Shown piece after piece: positions 49,890 to 60,580 of a stretch of DNA of 64,000 bases; within the stretch, counting starts at the first letter, position 1, and the number at the start of each line of letters is the position of its first letter. A program made the position numbers and the translations under genes. The stretch is from Desulfobacterales bacterium. GTDB lineage: Bacteria; Desulfobacterota; Desulfobacteria; Desulfobacterales; UBA2245. The notes under the pieces were generated by a model that worked only from the letters and a program-made list of their open reading frames with translations, did not search any database and had not been told where the DNA came from. The stretch covers positions 1-64,000 of the forward strand of contig JAXGZF010000011.1 in the NCBI GenBank assembly GCA_040771865.1, read 5' to 3'.

Positions 49890-50340
49890 GGATCAATTTC
49901 CCTGTGTTTGCATTCCGAAAGGTTTGCACGAATTAACCCTTCGATGCAATCCTTCAGACTGTCTCGTAAAATTTGGCATCGCCGCCCGGTTGTCCCACAC
50001 CGAAAATAACGCGAACAGTCCCTCCAACTCTGAAAACATGATCTGAAATAAAAAACTCCGGCCGCGTCACGTTCCCGGAATGATCATGATATTCGTCCGC
50101 CTCATGGATACGGGAACGCTTCTCATCATCATCACCCGGCGGCCAGAATCCTTCACAGGCTGCAAAACGAAAAAAAAGAACATCATCGTGCGACCCAATT
50201 TTGAAATTGGAAAAAGCAACCAGTTGTTTTGCATCCCGCTCGCCTTAAAACAAACCACAACATTCCATCAATGCCGGTTCCGAATGTTCATCCGCTTCAG
50301 TTCCGAAGGGTTTGCCGTTTTCAAATCCGCCTGTTTAAAG

Positions 50341-51033
50341 TCATTGTCTTCTTATGCAAATTATGGACCGAAAAGCATCGGCAAAAGGCAGTTTATACGG
50401 ATGAATCTGAATAAAAAACGAAATCGGTTCCCGGTGATCCTGTTTTCCCTCTATCCAGCGAATCCGCCGGACGGATTCGATTTCATTCGGCGCAACCCTT
50501 CCCTTCATCGCAATCAGGATACCCTCAGGTTTCAGCACAGGAATCGCCATCTGTACAAACTCTTCCAGGGGTCCCAGGGCGCGGCTGATGATCGCATCAA
50601 AATTTTCTGCCGGTTTGTTCAGTGCCATGTCTTCTGCACGGAAATGGGCGGCCCGCGCCGGGTTCAGCTTCAGCAACCGTATCAGATGATTCAAAAAACT
50701 GACTTTTTTGCGGGAGGCGTCAATCAGCGTCAAACTCAGGTCGGGCATGAGAATTTTCAAGGGAATCCCCGGAAAACCGCCGCCGGAACCTATATCCAGC
50801 AAAGACCCGTTTGGATCCATCCAAGCGGCCGGCGCCAGAGAATCGACAAAATGTTTGACGGCTATTTCTTGAGGATTGGTGATGGCGGTCAGGTTGCATT
50901 TCCTAGTCCAGATGAGAAGCTCTTCGGCGTGGACTGAAAATTGATCCATCTGACAGGCATCCACCCCAATGCCCAGGGATTCGGCGCCCTGAGCAATGAG
51001 GTTCCGCCATTCAAGCGATCCGACCTGCATCAT
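50341..51033 (-). CDS. rsmG: 16S rRNA m7G527 methyltransferase
   Basis: NLTAI, HFVDSL, LDIGSGGGFPGIPL, SRA, MKG. Confidence 0.93.
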   Translation of the reverse strand: MMQVGSLEWRNLIAQGAESLGIGVDACQMDQFSVHAEELLIWTRKCNLTAITNPQEIAVKHFVDSLAPAAWMDPNGSLLDIGSGGGFPGIPLKILMPDLSLTLIDASRKKVSFLNHLIRLLKLNPARAAHFRAEDMALNKPAENFDAIISRALGPLEEFVQMAIPVLKPEGILIAMKGRVAPNEIESVRRIRWIEGKQDHREPISFFIQIHPYKLPFADAFRSIICIRRQ

Positions 51034-52915
51034 CCGCCTCTTCGCCATGTTCGGTCGCGTCGTCAAATTTCATGGTTACCAACACATCGGTCCCACTGCT
51101 GGTGGAAATTCTGGCATTGGGATAACGTTTTTTAAACACATGAATCATGGTGTAATTTTCACGCAACACCACAGCGCTGAAGGCTTCATATCCATTTTCC
51201 CTGGCGATGCTCTCCAGAAACTTGAGAAGGAAGGACGCAATTCCCTTGTTGTGAAAATCCTCGCGGATCACAAAGGCCACCTCGGCACGTTCCTCATCTT
51301 CCTGGGCATACGATCCGACGGCCATGATCTCCTTGTGTCCGCCCTTCTGAATGAGTCCGACGATGGACATGTTTTTGCGATAATCCACGCTGGCCCATTG
51401 TTTCTGGGCCACCTCATGGGAGAAAATCTTCATCTTGTAAAAAAATCGGAAATAGATCGTGCGCTCATTAAGCGAATAGAAAAAATTCCGGTAGGCAAAC
51501 TCGTCTGAAGGCAGAAGCGGGCGAAATTGGACCGTCGTGCCGTCTTTGAGCTCCAGGCTGGTCTTGTAGGCTTCCAGAAAGAGCAGATCGTCGGTGGAAG
51601 GCGGAAGCTGATCCCTGAAGATATACCGGTGTTTCTTGGCCGCGGCGATGAGCTCTTCCCGGAATTTGGGATGCGCGATCTGGGCCAGTTCCATGACCCG
51701 CTGATAAATGCCCTTGCCCTGCAGCTCGGCAATTCCGTATTCCGTAACCACAAAATTCACGTCTCCACGCGTGGTGGCCACCCCTGCCCCTTCGCTCAAA
51801 TGTGATACAATGCGCGACACGGTACCGTTCTGCGCCGTGGAGGACAGAGCGATAATGCTGTATCCACCTCTGGACATGGCGCTTCCTCGAAGGAAATCGA
51901 CCTGGTCGCCGATGCCGCTGTAAAACATGTATCCCATTGAATCCATGCAGACCTGCCCGGTCAGATCCACCTCCAGAGCCGAGCTGATGGAAACAAGGTT
52001 GTCGTTTCTAGCGATCACCGTGGGATCATTGACAAACTCCGAAGACCGGAAATAGAAGGCCGGATTGTTGTTCACATATTCATACAGAACGCTTGACCCC
52101 ATGCACAGGGAAGCCACGGCACGACCCGGAAGCAGGGTCTTTTTCCTGTTGGTGATCACCTTTTTTTCCATCAGGGGAATCAGGCCGTCGGTGATCAGCT
52201 GCGTGTGAATGCCCAGATCGTTTTTCTCATCCAGATGCTGCAGAATCTGATAGGGAAGATGCCCGAATCCGATCTGAAGCGTCACCCCGTCCCCAACAAT
52301 CTGAGAAACAAAGTGCCCAATTCTTCGGGCGATCTCGTTCTCCTTGATCGAGGGAATGGACTCCAGCAGGGGTTCTTCGTAATAAACCAGATAATCGATC
52401 TCGTCCACATGGACAAAGCTGTCTCCCAGCGTGCGGGGCATTCGAGGATTGACCTGGGCGATAACCATCCCAGCGTTCTGCATTCCGGGTTTGGTAATAT
52501 CCACGGAAACACCCAGGCTGCAATATCCGAAACGATCCGGAGGGCTGACCTGAACCAGGGCGACATCCAGTTCGATCAGCTTGCTGGCAAAAAGCCAGGG
52601 TATCTGAGACAGGTAAGCGGGAATATAATCGATTTTCCCTTCAAAAGCCGCCTTTCGAATCAGGTTGCTGATAAAGAAAAGACGAAGCGAGAAGCGCCTG
52701 AGAAAAGATTCATCATCGACAAATTCGGCAAATGTTGAAGAAAGCATCTGGTATACCATGATATCTTGAAGGTTCATGTCTTTCACCATGGTGCGGATCA
52801 GATGTTGAGGTTCTCCGCAGCCGGTGCCCACAAACACGCGGCTTCCTCTTTTAATCTTGGAAATAGCCTGCTCAGCGCTCACGACTTTGCCGGGACCGTA
52901 TTTCATCAAATCCAT
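51011..52915 (-). CDS. Acetyl-CoA hydrolase/CoA-transferase domain fused to a C-terminal GNAT acetyltransferase
   Basis: SPPDRFGYCSLGVSVD, TLQIGFG, SGIGDQVDF, VVTEYG, IAHPKFR, then GNAT (AEVAFVI..FHNKGIA). GGAGG RBS. Confidence 0.9.
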   Translation of the reverse strand: MDLMKYGPGKVVSAEQAISKIKRGSRVFVGTGCGEPQHLIRTMVKDMNLQDIMVYQMLSSTFAEFVDDESFLRRFSLRLFFISNLIRKAAFEGKIDYIPAYLSQIPWLFASKLIELDVALVQVSPPDRFGYCSLGVSVDITKPGMQNAGMVIAQVNPRMPRTLGDSFVHVDEIDYLVYYEEPLLESIPSIKENEIARRIGHFVSQIVGDGVTLQIGFGHLPYQILQHLDEKNDLGIHTQLITDGLIPLMEKKVITNRKKTLLPGRAVASLCMGSSVLYEYVNNNPAFYFRSSEFVNDPTVIARNDNLVSISSALEVDLTGQVCMDSMGYMFYSGIGDQVDFLRGSAMSRGGYSIIALSSTAQNGTVSRIVSHLSEGAGVATTRGDVNFVVTEYGIAELQGKGIYQRVMELAQIAHPKFREELIAAAKKHRYIFRDQLPPSTDDLLFLEAYKTSLELKDGTTVQFRPLLPSDEFAYRNFFYSLNERTIYFRFFYKMKIFSHEVAQKQWASVDYRKNMSIVGLIQKGGHKEIMAVGSYAQEDEERAEVAFVIREDFHNKGIASFLLKFLESIARENGYEAFSAVVLRENYTMIHVFKKRYPNARISTSSGTDVLVTMKFDDATEHGEEADDAGRIA

Positions 52916-53156
52916 CGATTCCTCCCTCTCGGTCACTCTGATAATGCTGGTTCAAATTCTCAATTTAGTAAAGATATCATTCCGACGGATCAGAAGCAAA
53001 CAAAACCCGACCGACCATAGCCCAAACTCATACCAACGATCTGAGACACCCCGGATTTTCTTCCGGCGATCCGATTACATTTACCCTTCTGATCTCCACA
53101 GGCGCAGCAGTGAACAAAATATGGACAAGGCTAGCCACCATCAGATTTTTTAAAAA

Positions 53157-53290
53157 ATGACTCGCTCCTAAAATAGGATATTTCTGCGTTGCGCGGTGTG
53201 CGAAAAACGGAACTCAATTCCGGATATGCACCGCCTTGAATATGAACTTTGACATCGTCGTCAATATTCTGACTTTTTTAAAACCATCAA
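53157..53290 (+). repeat. Highly degenerate copy of intergenic repeat family 2
   Basis: TTTCTGCGTTGCGC...CGCCTTGAATATGAACTTT...GACTTTTTTAAAACCATCAA. Confidence 0.45.
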
Positions 53291-53427
53291 ACTTTATTGC
53301 ACCGCCCTGACGTTTTAGACCTGGCTCTTTACAATTCTTCTCAATGTGTTAAAAAAATTGAAAGCGTTAACGGAATGCCCGCCCTCGGCATTTCAAACTT
53401 GAAAGAACCACGCCCGGGCGAAACAAC

Positions 53428-53859
53428 ATGGAAAAAGTCTATCGAAATCCACTGGTCACCGTGGATATTATCATCGAAATCACAGGTGGCATCGTTCTGA
53501 TTCAAAGGGCCAATCCTCCGCTTGGATGGGCGCTTCCAGGAGGATTTGTCGACTACGGGGAATCCCTTGAAGCAGCGGCCCTTCGTGAAGCCAAGGAAGA
53601 AACCAGCCTGGACGTCATTTTACAGGAACAGTTTTACACCTATTCCAGCCCTGACAGAGATCCAAGGCATCACACCGTTACAACGGTCTTTATCGCGGAC
53701 GGCAAGGGAGTCCTGACAGCGAAAGACGACGCCCGCCATGCGGCCGTCTTTGATGAAAATCATCTTCCGAGCCCGTTTGTCTTTGACCATTCCAGGATCA
53801 TATCGGATTATTTTCAATACCGTAAATCCGGATTTATCCGTCGCTTGTTTCGCGGATAA
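53428..53859 (+). CDS. NUDIX hydrolase
   Basis: Nudix box [30 protein letters not shown]. Confidence 0.92.
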   Translation: MEKVYRNPLVTVDIIIEITGGIVLIQRANPPLGWALPGGFVDYGESLEAAALREAKEETSLDVILQEQFYTYSSPDRDPRHHTVTTVFIADGKGVLTAKDDARHAAVFDENHLPSPFVFDHSRIISDYFQYRKSGFIRRLFRG

Positions 53860-53875
53860 ATGGTAAGCAGGCATT

Positions 53876-54607
53876 GTGGAGGATGCGATGAAACGCGGTA
53901 ATTCATTCGAAAGCTTCAAACCATTTCAAGGTCTGGACGCACTCTTAAAAAGGAAGTCCTTTGTCCTGGCATCGCCAAGGCTGCTTGACCCGAAGGGGCA
54001 GATTCATGATCAGAAAGCCGACCTCCTCATCTTTCGTGAAGCCATGGCGGACGTCAAACCCTTGACGGGTCGGAATCATATAGAAACGCATGCCCCGGTT
54101 GCCACCGGCCCTTCAACACCGGAAAATACCGATATCGAGACCATGCATCGACTCAACGGTCTTGTACGCAACGGAAAGGGATTCAACCTTCCGGACACTC
54201 CGGAATACCTGGAAGGCACCGGTTATCATGTCCATCCCGGGGTTGCCAGAAAATTGCACGAAGGCTTTTTTTCCGTCCAGATGCATCTGGACCTGCATGG
54301 CATGAGCGTTCATGCGGCCATGGATGCCTTGAATACCTTTTTGATTCTGGCGATCCGGAAAAATCAGCGGGCGGTGCTGATCGTTCATGGACGCGGACTG
54401 TCTTCCCCCATCATGCCTGTCCTGAAATCCAAGGTCGAGGAATGGCTTTCCCGCGGCGCATGGCGCAAATGGGTTCTGGCCTTCTCCAGTGCACGGGGAT
54501 GCGACGGCGGCACAGGCGCAACCTATGTGCTGCTCAGACAGCGCCCGGCAACCCGGCGGCTTCGAAAATCTCCGGCGTCCATGCGAACGGACGGCTGTAA
54601 AAATTGA
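53876..54607 (+). CDS. Smr-domain endonuclease (SmrA/SmrB-like)
   Basis: FREAMADVKPL, LDLHG, IVHGRG, DGGTGATYVLL. Confidence 0.88.
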   Translation: MEDAMKRGNSFESFKPFQGLDALLKRKSFVLASPRLLDPKGQIHDQKADLLIFREAMADVKPLTGRNHIETHAPVATGPSTPENTDIETMHRLNGLVRNGKGFNLPDTPEYLEGTGYHVHPGVARKLHEGFFSVQMHLDLHGMSVHAAMDALNTFLILAIRKNQRAVLIVHGRGLSSPIMPVLKSKVEEWLSRGAWRKWVLAFSSARGCDGGTGATYVLLRQRPATRRLRKSPASMRTDGCKN

Positions 54608-54641
54608 AACTTGAACACACCTTCTGAGAAAGGAGTCGGTT

Positions 54642-55298
54642 ATGACAAAAATTGGCGTATTGCTTTCCGGTTGCGGCGTATACGACGGAAGCGAAATTCA
54701 TGAAGCGGTCCTCACCCTGCTCTTTCTAGACCGCGCAGGCACGGAAATCATCTGTATGGCGCCGGACGTCGACCAGTTCGATGTCGTCAACCATCTGACC
54801 GGAAAAACCGAAAATGTTAAACGCAGCGTTCTTGCGGAATCGGCGAGAATTGCCCGGGGGAATATACGGGATTTAAAAACGGTCAAGGCTTCAGATATCG
54901 ATGGGCTCATCATTCCCGGAGGATTCGGAGCGGCAAAGAATCTCAGCAACTTTGCCGTCAAGGGAAAAGACGCCGAGGTCAACCCCGAGACCCGCCGTCT
55001 GCTGAAGGAATTGCACGCAGCCGGCAAACCCGTTGGAGCCATCTGCATTGCTCCGGCAACACTGGCCAGGGCGCTGGCGGAAAAATCTCCCCAGGTCACC
55101 ATCGGCAATGATCCGGGAACCGCTAAGGCTGTCGAAGCCATGGGTGGTGTCCACCACAACTGTTCGGTGGATCAGATTCATGTGGATTCCATCAACAGAC
55201 TGGTGACCACTCCGGCCTACATGCTGGGACCCGGTATCAAAGACGTCGCCGTCGGCATCGAAAAGCTGGTGAGTAAGGTGCTGGAACTGGCCCGCTGA
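54642..55298 (+). CDS. elbB: ElbB glyoxalase (DJ-1/PfpI superfamily)
   Basis: LSGCGVYDGSEIHE, ESARIARG, PGGFGAAKNL, ICIAP, TTPAYM. Confidence 0.93.
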   Translation: MTKIGVLLSGCGVYDGSEIHEAVLTLLFLDRAGTEIICMAPDVDQFDVVNHLTGKTENVKRSVLAESARIARGNIRDLKTVKASDIDGLIIPGGFGAAKNLSNFAVKGKDAEVNPETRRLLKELHAAGKPVGAICIAPATLARALAEKSPQVTIGNDPGTAKAVEAMGGVHHNCSVDQIHVDSINRLVTTPAYMLGPGIKDVAVGIEKLVSKVLELAR

Positions 55299-55333
55299 GC
55301 AAAACAGCCGTCGGCGCAAGCAAAATGGTATGA

Positions 55334-55475
55334 CAGGCATTCGAACAAAAAAAATCGGGTTTCCGGGCAAGTCGTCGGTGCAGCAAGCGCCGCGTATTCA
55401 ATCAAATATATGAGCACGCGTGAGAGACTCGCAGTACTGCATGACGACATGAAAAGCGGTTTTTAAAACATCCTG
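55334..55475 (-). mobile_element. Decayed copy of the 143-bp MITE
   Basis: Reverse complement CAGGATGTTTTAAAAACC..TGCTCATATATTTGATTGAATACGCGGCGCTTG..CTTGCC..CCTG. Same length and core as 23753-23895. Confidence 0.6.
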
Positions 55476-55638
55476 ATCGAAATTTCGTAAAGCGCCGACG
55501 GTTTTAAAGCCGTTTCAGCGGGCATGGGTTGTAAAATCCAGCCGGAAAGTTCTAAGTCGTTTCACATGACGGTGTCGGAAAATTCAAAATGAAATTCAAA
55601 GAAAGGAAAGCCCCCTCTAAAAATCACATCTTTTATTG

Positions 55639-55747
55639 TTGACATCAGGTCATTAACAGGGTAAATGAGCCAAACCCAATTTGGAATCATCATTGGAAGG
55701 TCCCCGGAGGGTATCAGAAGCCCGATGAGGGCTTTTTTGTTTTTTTT
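55639..55747 (+). promoter_or_regulatory. fusA promoter and leader containing an intrinsic terminator (attenuator-like)
   Basis: TTGACA at 55639 with GTAAAT about 16 nt downstream. Hairpin AAGCCC-GATGA-GGGCTT plus a long T tract (55718-55747) upstream of the GTG at 55815. Confidence 0.6.
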
Positions 55748-55814
55748 ATCGACAAGAATCGAGCAAACACTCCGCGCAAATACTGCGTTACAATAATGTA
55801 AAAAGGAAACAACG

Positions 55815-57893
55815 GTGAAACACTCTATCACAAACGTCAGGAACATCGGTATCAGCGCACATATCGATTCGGGCAAAACCACCCTGACGGAAAGAATTCT
55901 GTTTTATACAAAACGAATTCACGCCATACATGACGTCAAGGGAAAAGACGGAATCGGCGCCACCATGGATTCCATGGAGCTGGAAAAGGAACGCGGCATT
56001 ACCATCGCGTCGGCGGCCACGTATTGTCAATGGAACGACCATCATATCAACATCATCGACACCCCGGGGCACGTGGATTTCACCATCGAGGTCGAACGAT
56101 CCCTGCGGGTTCTGGATGGTGCCGTGCTTGTACTCTGTGCAGTCGGCGGCGTTCAGTCACAGTCCATCACGGTCGATCAGCAGATGAAACGTTACCATGT
56201 GCCCTGTATTGCCTTCATCAACAAATGCGACCGAAGCGGCGCCAATCCGTTTCGGGTGATCGGCCAGCTCAGGGAGAAGCTCGGACACAACCCGGTAGCC
56301 ATGCAGATTCCCATCGGACTTGAGGCGGATTTTGAAGGCGTGGTGGACCTGATTTCCATGCGGGCGCTTTATTTCGACGGACTCAACGGAGAAACGGTTC
56401 GCATTGAAACCGTACCCGAGGCCATGGCTGCCGAAGCTTTAAAACGCAGGGAGGAACTGATCGACGCCGCTTCAATGTTCTGCGATGAACTGATGGAGGC
56501 CGCACTGGAAAATGCGGTCACGGATAAACTGCTGCTGTCCGCTCTGCGCAAAGGTGTTCTATCCCGAAGGATCACGCCGGTTTTCATAGGATCCGCTTAC
56601 AAGAATAAGGGTGTTCAGCCCCTTCTGGACGGGGTCACACGCCTGCTTCCCTGTCCGAGCGAGGTTACCAATGAGGCCTTGGACATGGAGCACGATGAAA
56701 ACCGCGTGATTCTGTCCAGCAATCCTTTGGACCCTCTGGTTGCCCTGGCCTTCAAGCTCGAAGACGGCGCATACGGCCAGCTTACCTATGTGCGGGTATA
56801 TCAGGGCGAACTCGCCAAGGGCCAGACCGTAATCAATGTACGTACTGGAAACAAGGTCAAAATCGGCCGTCTGGTTCGTATGCACGCCAGCCAGATGGAA
56901 GATATCGAATCCATTCCTGCAGGTTATATAGGCGCTCTGTTCGGCATCGACTGCGCTTCCGGAGATACCTTCACCAGCCCGGAAATTCATTTCACCATGA
57001 CCTCGATGTACGTTCCCGAACCGGTGATCTCACTGGCCATCGTTCCCAAAGATCATAAGGCCGAAATCAATATGTCCAAGGCCCTGAATCGTTTCAGCAA
57101 GGAAGACCCCACTTTTAAGGTCTTTGTCAGTGATGAGACGAAGGAGACCATCATTTCGGGTATGGGAGAACTTCACCTGGACGTCTATGTTGAACGTATG
57201 CGCCGGGAGTACAAGGCCGAGGTAACCATCGGACAACCCCGGGTGGCTTACCGGGAAACCATCACTCGAAAGGCGGAATTCAATTATACACACAGGAAAC
57301 AGACCGGAGGCGCCGGGCAGTATGGCCGGATTGCCGGTTATATGGAACCGGTGATTGATGAGGATTTTATCTTTGAAAACAAGGTCACCGGCGGCGCCAT
57401 TCCGACCCAGTACATCCCGGCCTGTGAAAAAGGGTTCAGAAGCTGTCTGGCCAAAGGGCCAAAATTAAAATTCCCTGTTACCGGAATCAAGGTGGTCATC
57501 AACGACGGCGCTTCGCATTCAGTGGACTCTTCGGACATGGCCTTTCAGGCCGCTGCTCGAGGCGCCTTTCTTGAAGCCCTTGCCAAGGCCGGCCCCGTCA
57601 TCCTGGAGCCGATTATGAAGGTTGTGGTCGAAACGCCGACCGAATTTCAAGGCGCCGTCATGGGGACTTTGAACCAGCGCAGGGGCATCATTCTTGGCAC
57701 TCAGGACGAAGGCCCGATGTGTACGATTGAAGCACAGTCACCGCTGGCGGAAATGTTCGGTTACGCAACCGTGTTGCGTTCTTCCACTCAGGGAAAGGCT
57801 CAGTTTACCATGGAATTTCAAACCTACAAGCAGGTGCCTCAATCCATTGCCGAAGAGCTGGTGAAAAAAGCCTCTGAAAAAAAAGTTGCTTAA
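55815..57893 (+). CDS. fusA: Elongation factor G (stand-alone, mitochondrial EF-G1/spdEFG1-like)
   Basis: [49 protein letters not shown] signature. No rpsL/rpsG/tuf adjacent. Confidence 0.95.
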   Translation: MKHSITNVRNIGISAHIDSGKTTLTERILFYTKRIHAIHDVKGKDGIGATMDSMELEKERGITIASAATYCQWNDHHINIIDTPGHVDFTIEVERSLRVLDGAVLVLCAVGGVQSQSITVDQQMKRYHVPCIAFINKCDRSGANPFRVIGQLREKLGHNPVAMQIPIGLEADFEGVVDLISMRALYFDGLNGETVRIETVPEAMAAEALKRREELIDAASMFCDELMEAALENAVTDKLLLSALRKGVLSRRITPVFIGSAYKNKGVQPLLDGVTRLLPCPSEVTNEALDMEHDENRVILSSNPLDPLVALAFKLEDGAYGQLTYVRVYQGELAKGQTVINVRTGNKVKIGRLVRMHASQMEDIESIPAGYIGALFGIDCASGDTFTSPEIHFTMTSMYVPEPVISLAIVPKDHKAEINMSKALNRFSKEDPTFKVFVSDETKETIISGMGELHLDVYVERMRREYKAEVTIGQPRVAYRETITRKAEFNYTHRKQTGGAGQYGRIAGYMEPVIDEDFIFENKVTGGAIPTQYIPACEKGFRSCLAKGPKLKFPVTGIKVVINDGASHSVDSSDMAFQAAARGAFLEALAKAGPVILEPIMKVVVETPTEFQGAVMGTLNQRRGIILGTQDEGPMCTIEAQSPLAEMFGYATVLRSSTQGKAQFTMEFQTYKQVPQSIAEELVKKASEKKVA

Positions 57894-57951
57894 TGTGAAT
57901 GCCGCCATGCATTCAGCCCTGATCATTCCAATAACAAAAAGGAGCCTGAAC

Positions 57952-58653
57952 ATGCTGAAAAAGGACCTTATATTAAAAAACCCCCTGCGGCATCTGGAAT
58001 ACGAAACCGAAGACATTCTGCCCGAAGGCGGATTTGGGGCCATCCTGTCGCGGGCCGGAGTGGGCAAAACCGCTCTATTGGTCCAGCTGGCCTTGAATAA
58101 TATGCTGCGCAACAAAAACATTCTGCATATCAGTCTGAACGAACCTGTCAAAAAAATCGGGTTGTGGTACGAGTCGGCCCTGCGGAATATCGCGGTCGAA
58201 CACCACATTCAGGAAATTCACAAACTCTGGGAGGCCATCCTGCCTCACCGGTTCATCATGTCCTTCCGTGTTGAGGGATTCACCGTGCCGAAACTCGAGG
58301 AGCGCCTGGCCGATCTTTCCGAACAGGGCATTTTCTTTCCCCAGATGGTTCTGATCGACGGACTCCCATTTGAAGAAAACACCGATTACTGCCTGAAGGA
58401 ACTCAAGGAATTTGCCCGTGCCCATGCACTGCATGTATGGTTTGCCGTTCGCACCCATCGGGACGATGAAACCGGAGAACACGGCATTCCGCAACGGTTT
58501 TCGAGCGTTGCCGAGTTTTTTGAGGTGATGATTCTGCTTCAGCCCGAGGGCAAGCAGATCCATGTCAAACTGCTGAAAGGCAGGGCGGGCATATCGGATT
58601 ATCGGCCCCTGTTTCTCGATCCGTCCACCATGCTGATCAAAGAAGCCTCGTAA
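57952..58653 (+). CDS. RecA/KaiC-like P-loop protein of unknown function
   Basis: GAILSRAGVGKT Walker A, VLIDG Walker B-like. AAGGAG RBS. Confidence 0.75.
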   Translation: MLKKDLILKNPLRHLEYETEDILPEGGFGAILSRAGVGKTALLVQLALNNMLRNKNILHISLNEPVKKIGLWYESALRNIAVEHHIQEIHKLWEAILPHRFIMSFRVEGFTVPKLEERLADLSEQGIFFPQMVLIDGLPFEENTDYCLKELKEFARAHALHVWFAVRTHRDDETGEHGIPQRFSSVAEFFEVMILLQPEGKQIHVKLLKGRAGISDYRPLFLDPSTMLIKEAS

Positions 58654-58693
58654 CGCTTCAGCTCTTTCGAAGCTAGCGCGAAAAAACCGGGTC

Positions 58694-58746
58694 GAAAACC
58701 ACAGAAACCTCTCCCTTGCCGGAGCAACGTCCCTGTGGTTTTTTTT
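58694..58746 (+). terminator. Terminator-like stem-loop
   Basis: AAAACCACAG...CTGTGGTTTTTTTT with a long loop. Confidence 0.5.
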
Positions 58747-58814
58747 CACGTTGACTTGCCGCCGTTCGATCATTTATAAGAGGAAAGTTATTCACGCAAC
58801 AGACAAGGAAAGCC

Positions 58815-60569
58815 ATGAGTTCTCATGATCAAGCTTCAGAACTTTACCGCTCCATTCTCCTGGATGTCGACATCAATCACCTCTCCAAAGACAAACGGCT
58901 GAACAAACTGCTCAAATCGGTAATCACCGAGGTTCAGCATTACGCCGAAGATCAGATCGGCCGGATTAAGCGCCTTTCCCAGGTCGGTCTGGCGCTGTCC
59001 TCTGAAAAAGACATTCACAAGCTGCTGGAACTCATCGTCGATGAATCCCGGAATCTTTCCAATGCGGATGCAGGCACCCTGTACACCGTCGATAAAAAAA
59101 AGCAGGAACTTTGTTTTCAGATCATGCAAAACGATACGATGAAAACGCGGCTGGGTGGAACTGACGGTGCGAAAATCACTCTCCCCAACGTGCCGCTCTA
59201 CATCGACGGTGAGCCCAACTTCGGCAATGTATCGTCATTTGTGGCTCTGACCGAAGAAATTGTCAATATTCCAGACGTATACGAAGCCGATGGATTTGAT
59301 TTTACCGGCCCCCGGAAGTACGACGCTGCCACGGGCTACCGGTCAAAATCCATGCTGGTGATCCCTTTGAAAAATCATGAAAACACGATCATCGGCGTAT
59401 TGCAGTTGTTGAACGCTAAGGACTCTGAAACCGGCGATATTGTTCCCTTTTCCAGCGAATTTGTTGACCTGATCGCCTCGCTTGCGTCCCAGGCCGCCAT
59501 AGCGCTGACCAACGCCGAGCTTATTGAGGAGTTAAAGGCGCTATTTTATGCCTTTATCAAAAGCATCGCCACAGCCATCGACGAAAAATCCCCCTATACC
59601 GGTGGTCATATCAAACGGGTGGTTTATCTGAGCACGATGCTCGCCGAAAAAATCAACGAAACCCAAACCGGTCCGCTTGCTTCGGTTTCCATGACCACTG
59701 AAGAGCTTGAAGAACTCAGGCTGGCCGCTTGGATGCACGATGTTGGAAAAATAACGACCCCAGAGCATGTTGTGGACAAATCCTGTAAACTGGAAACCAT
59801 TTTTGACCGCAGCAAGCTGATCGAAACGCGTTTTCATCTGTTTGCCAAGTCCATCGAAACTGATTTTCTGCGGCGAAAAATCAAAATTCTTCAGGAAAAA
59901 CCGGTTGACAGCATCAATATAAAGGATCTGGACAAGGAAATGAAGGAAACGCTTCAGCTCCTCGAACAGGATCTTGAATTCATTAAATCCTGCAACAGCT
60001 CGGGCGAATTCATGAACGACGATAAAATCTTTCATTTAAGGGAAATCGCCTCAAAAACCTGCAAGCTTTTTGGACGTCAGGAACCGTATCTGAACGAAGA
60101 AGAAGTGGAAAACCTGTCCATTCGAAGAGGAACGCTGGATGACAAAGAGCGCAAGATCGTTGAAAACCACGCCACAATGACTCTGAAAATACTCAAACAG
60201 CTGCCGTTTCCCCGGCAGTTGTCGCATGTACCGGATTATGCCGGGGCTCACCATGAAAGACTCGATGGATCAGGCTATCCGAACGGGCTGACCGACAAGG
60301 AACTGCCGCTGCAGTCCCGCATTCTGGCCATCGCCGACATCTTCGAGGCCCTGACTGCCAAGGACCGCCCATACAAGAAGCCAATGAGTCTCTCCCAAGC
60401 GATCAAGATCATGAAATTCATGAAAAAGGATCGCCACATTGATCCGGATTTATACGACCTTTTTGTTCAAAGCGGTCTGTGTTATGAATATGCGCGGCGG
60501 GAAATGAATCCGGAGCAGATTGACGTTGACCTGACGGCGGCACAGAAGTCAACGGACGGGAATAAATAA
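58815..60569 (+). CDS. GAF + HD-GYP cyclic-dinucleotide phosphodiesterase
   Basis: GAF (YRSKSMLVIPL..GVLQLLN), SPYTGGH, WMHDVGK, HHERLDGSGYP, ADIFEALTAKDRPYK. Confidence 0.92.
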   Translation: MSSHDQASELYRSILLDVDINHLSKDKRLNKLLKSVITEVQHYAEDQIGRIKRLSQVGLALSSEKDIHKLLELIVDESRNLSNADAGTLYTVDKKKQELCFQIMQNDTMKTRLGGTDGAKITLPNVPLYIDGEPNFGNVSSFVALTEEIVNIPDVYEADGFDFTGPRKYDAATGYRSKSMLVIPLKNHENTIIGVLQLLNAKDSETGDIVPFSSEFVDLIASLASQAAIALTNAELIEELKALFYAFIKSIATAIDEKSPYTGGHIKRVVYLSTMLAEKINETQTGPLASVSMTTEELEELRLAAWMHDVGKITTPEHVVDKSCKLETIFDRSKLIETRFHLFAKSIETDFLRRKIKILQEKPVDSINIKDLDKEMKETLQLLEQDLEFIKSCNSSGEFMNDDKIFHLREIASKTCKLFGRQEPYLNEEEVENLSIRRGTLDDKERKIVENHATMTLKILKQLPFPRQLSHVPDYAGAHHERLDGSGYPNGLTDKELPLQSRILAIADIFEALTAKDRPYKKPMSLSQAIKIMKFMKKDRHIDPDLYDLFVQSGLCYEYARREMNPEQIDVDLTAAQKSTDGNK

Positions 60570-60580
60570 TCCCATACGGC

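Noticed and set aside
50270..50320. c-di-GMP-I riboswitch-like GGCAAACCCTTC upstream of cheX (minus strand)
   Set aside because: Lacks the GNRA tetraloop and the GACGCAAA segment. An Rfam scan would be needed to revive it.
55665..55796. Leader peptide ORF upstream of fusA
   Set aside because: Its ATG overlaps the predicted -10 box and would not be in the transcript.
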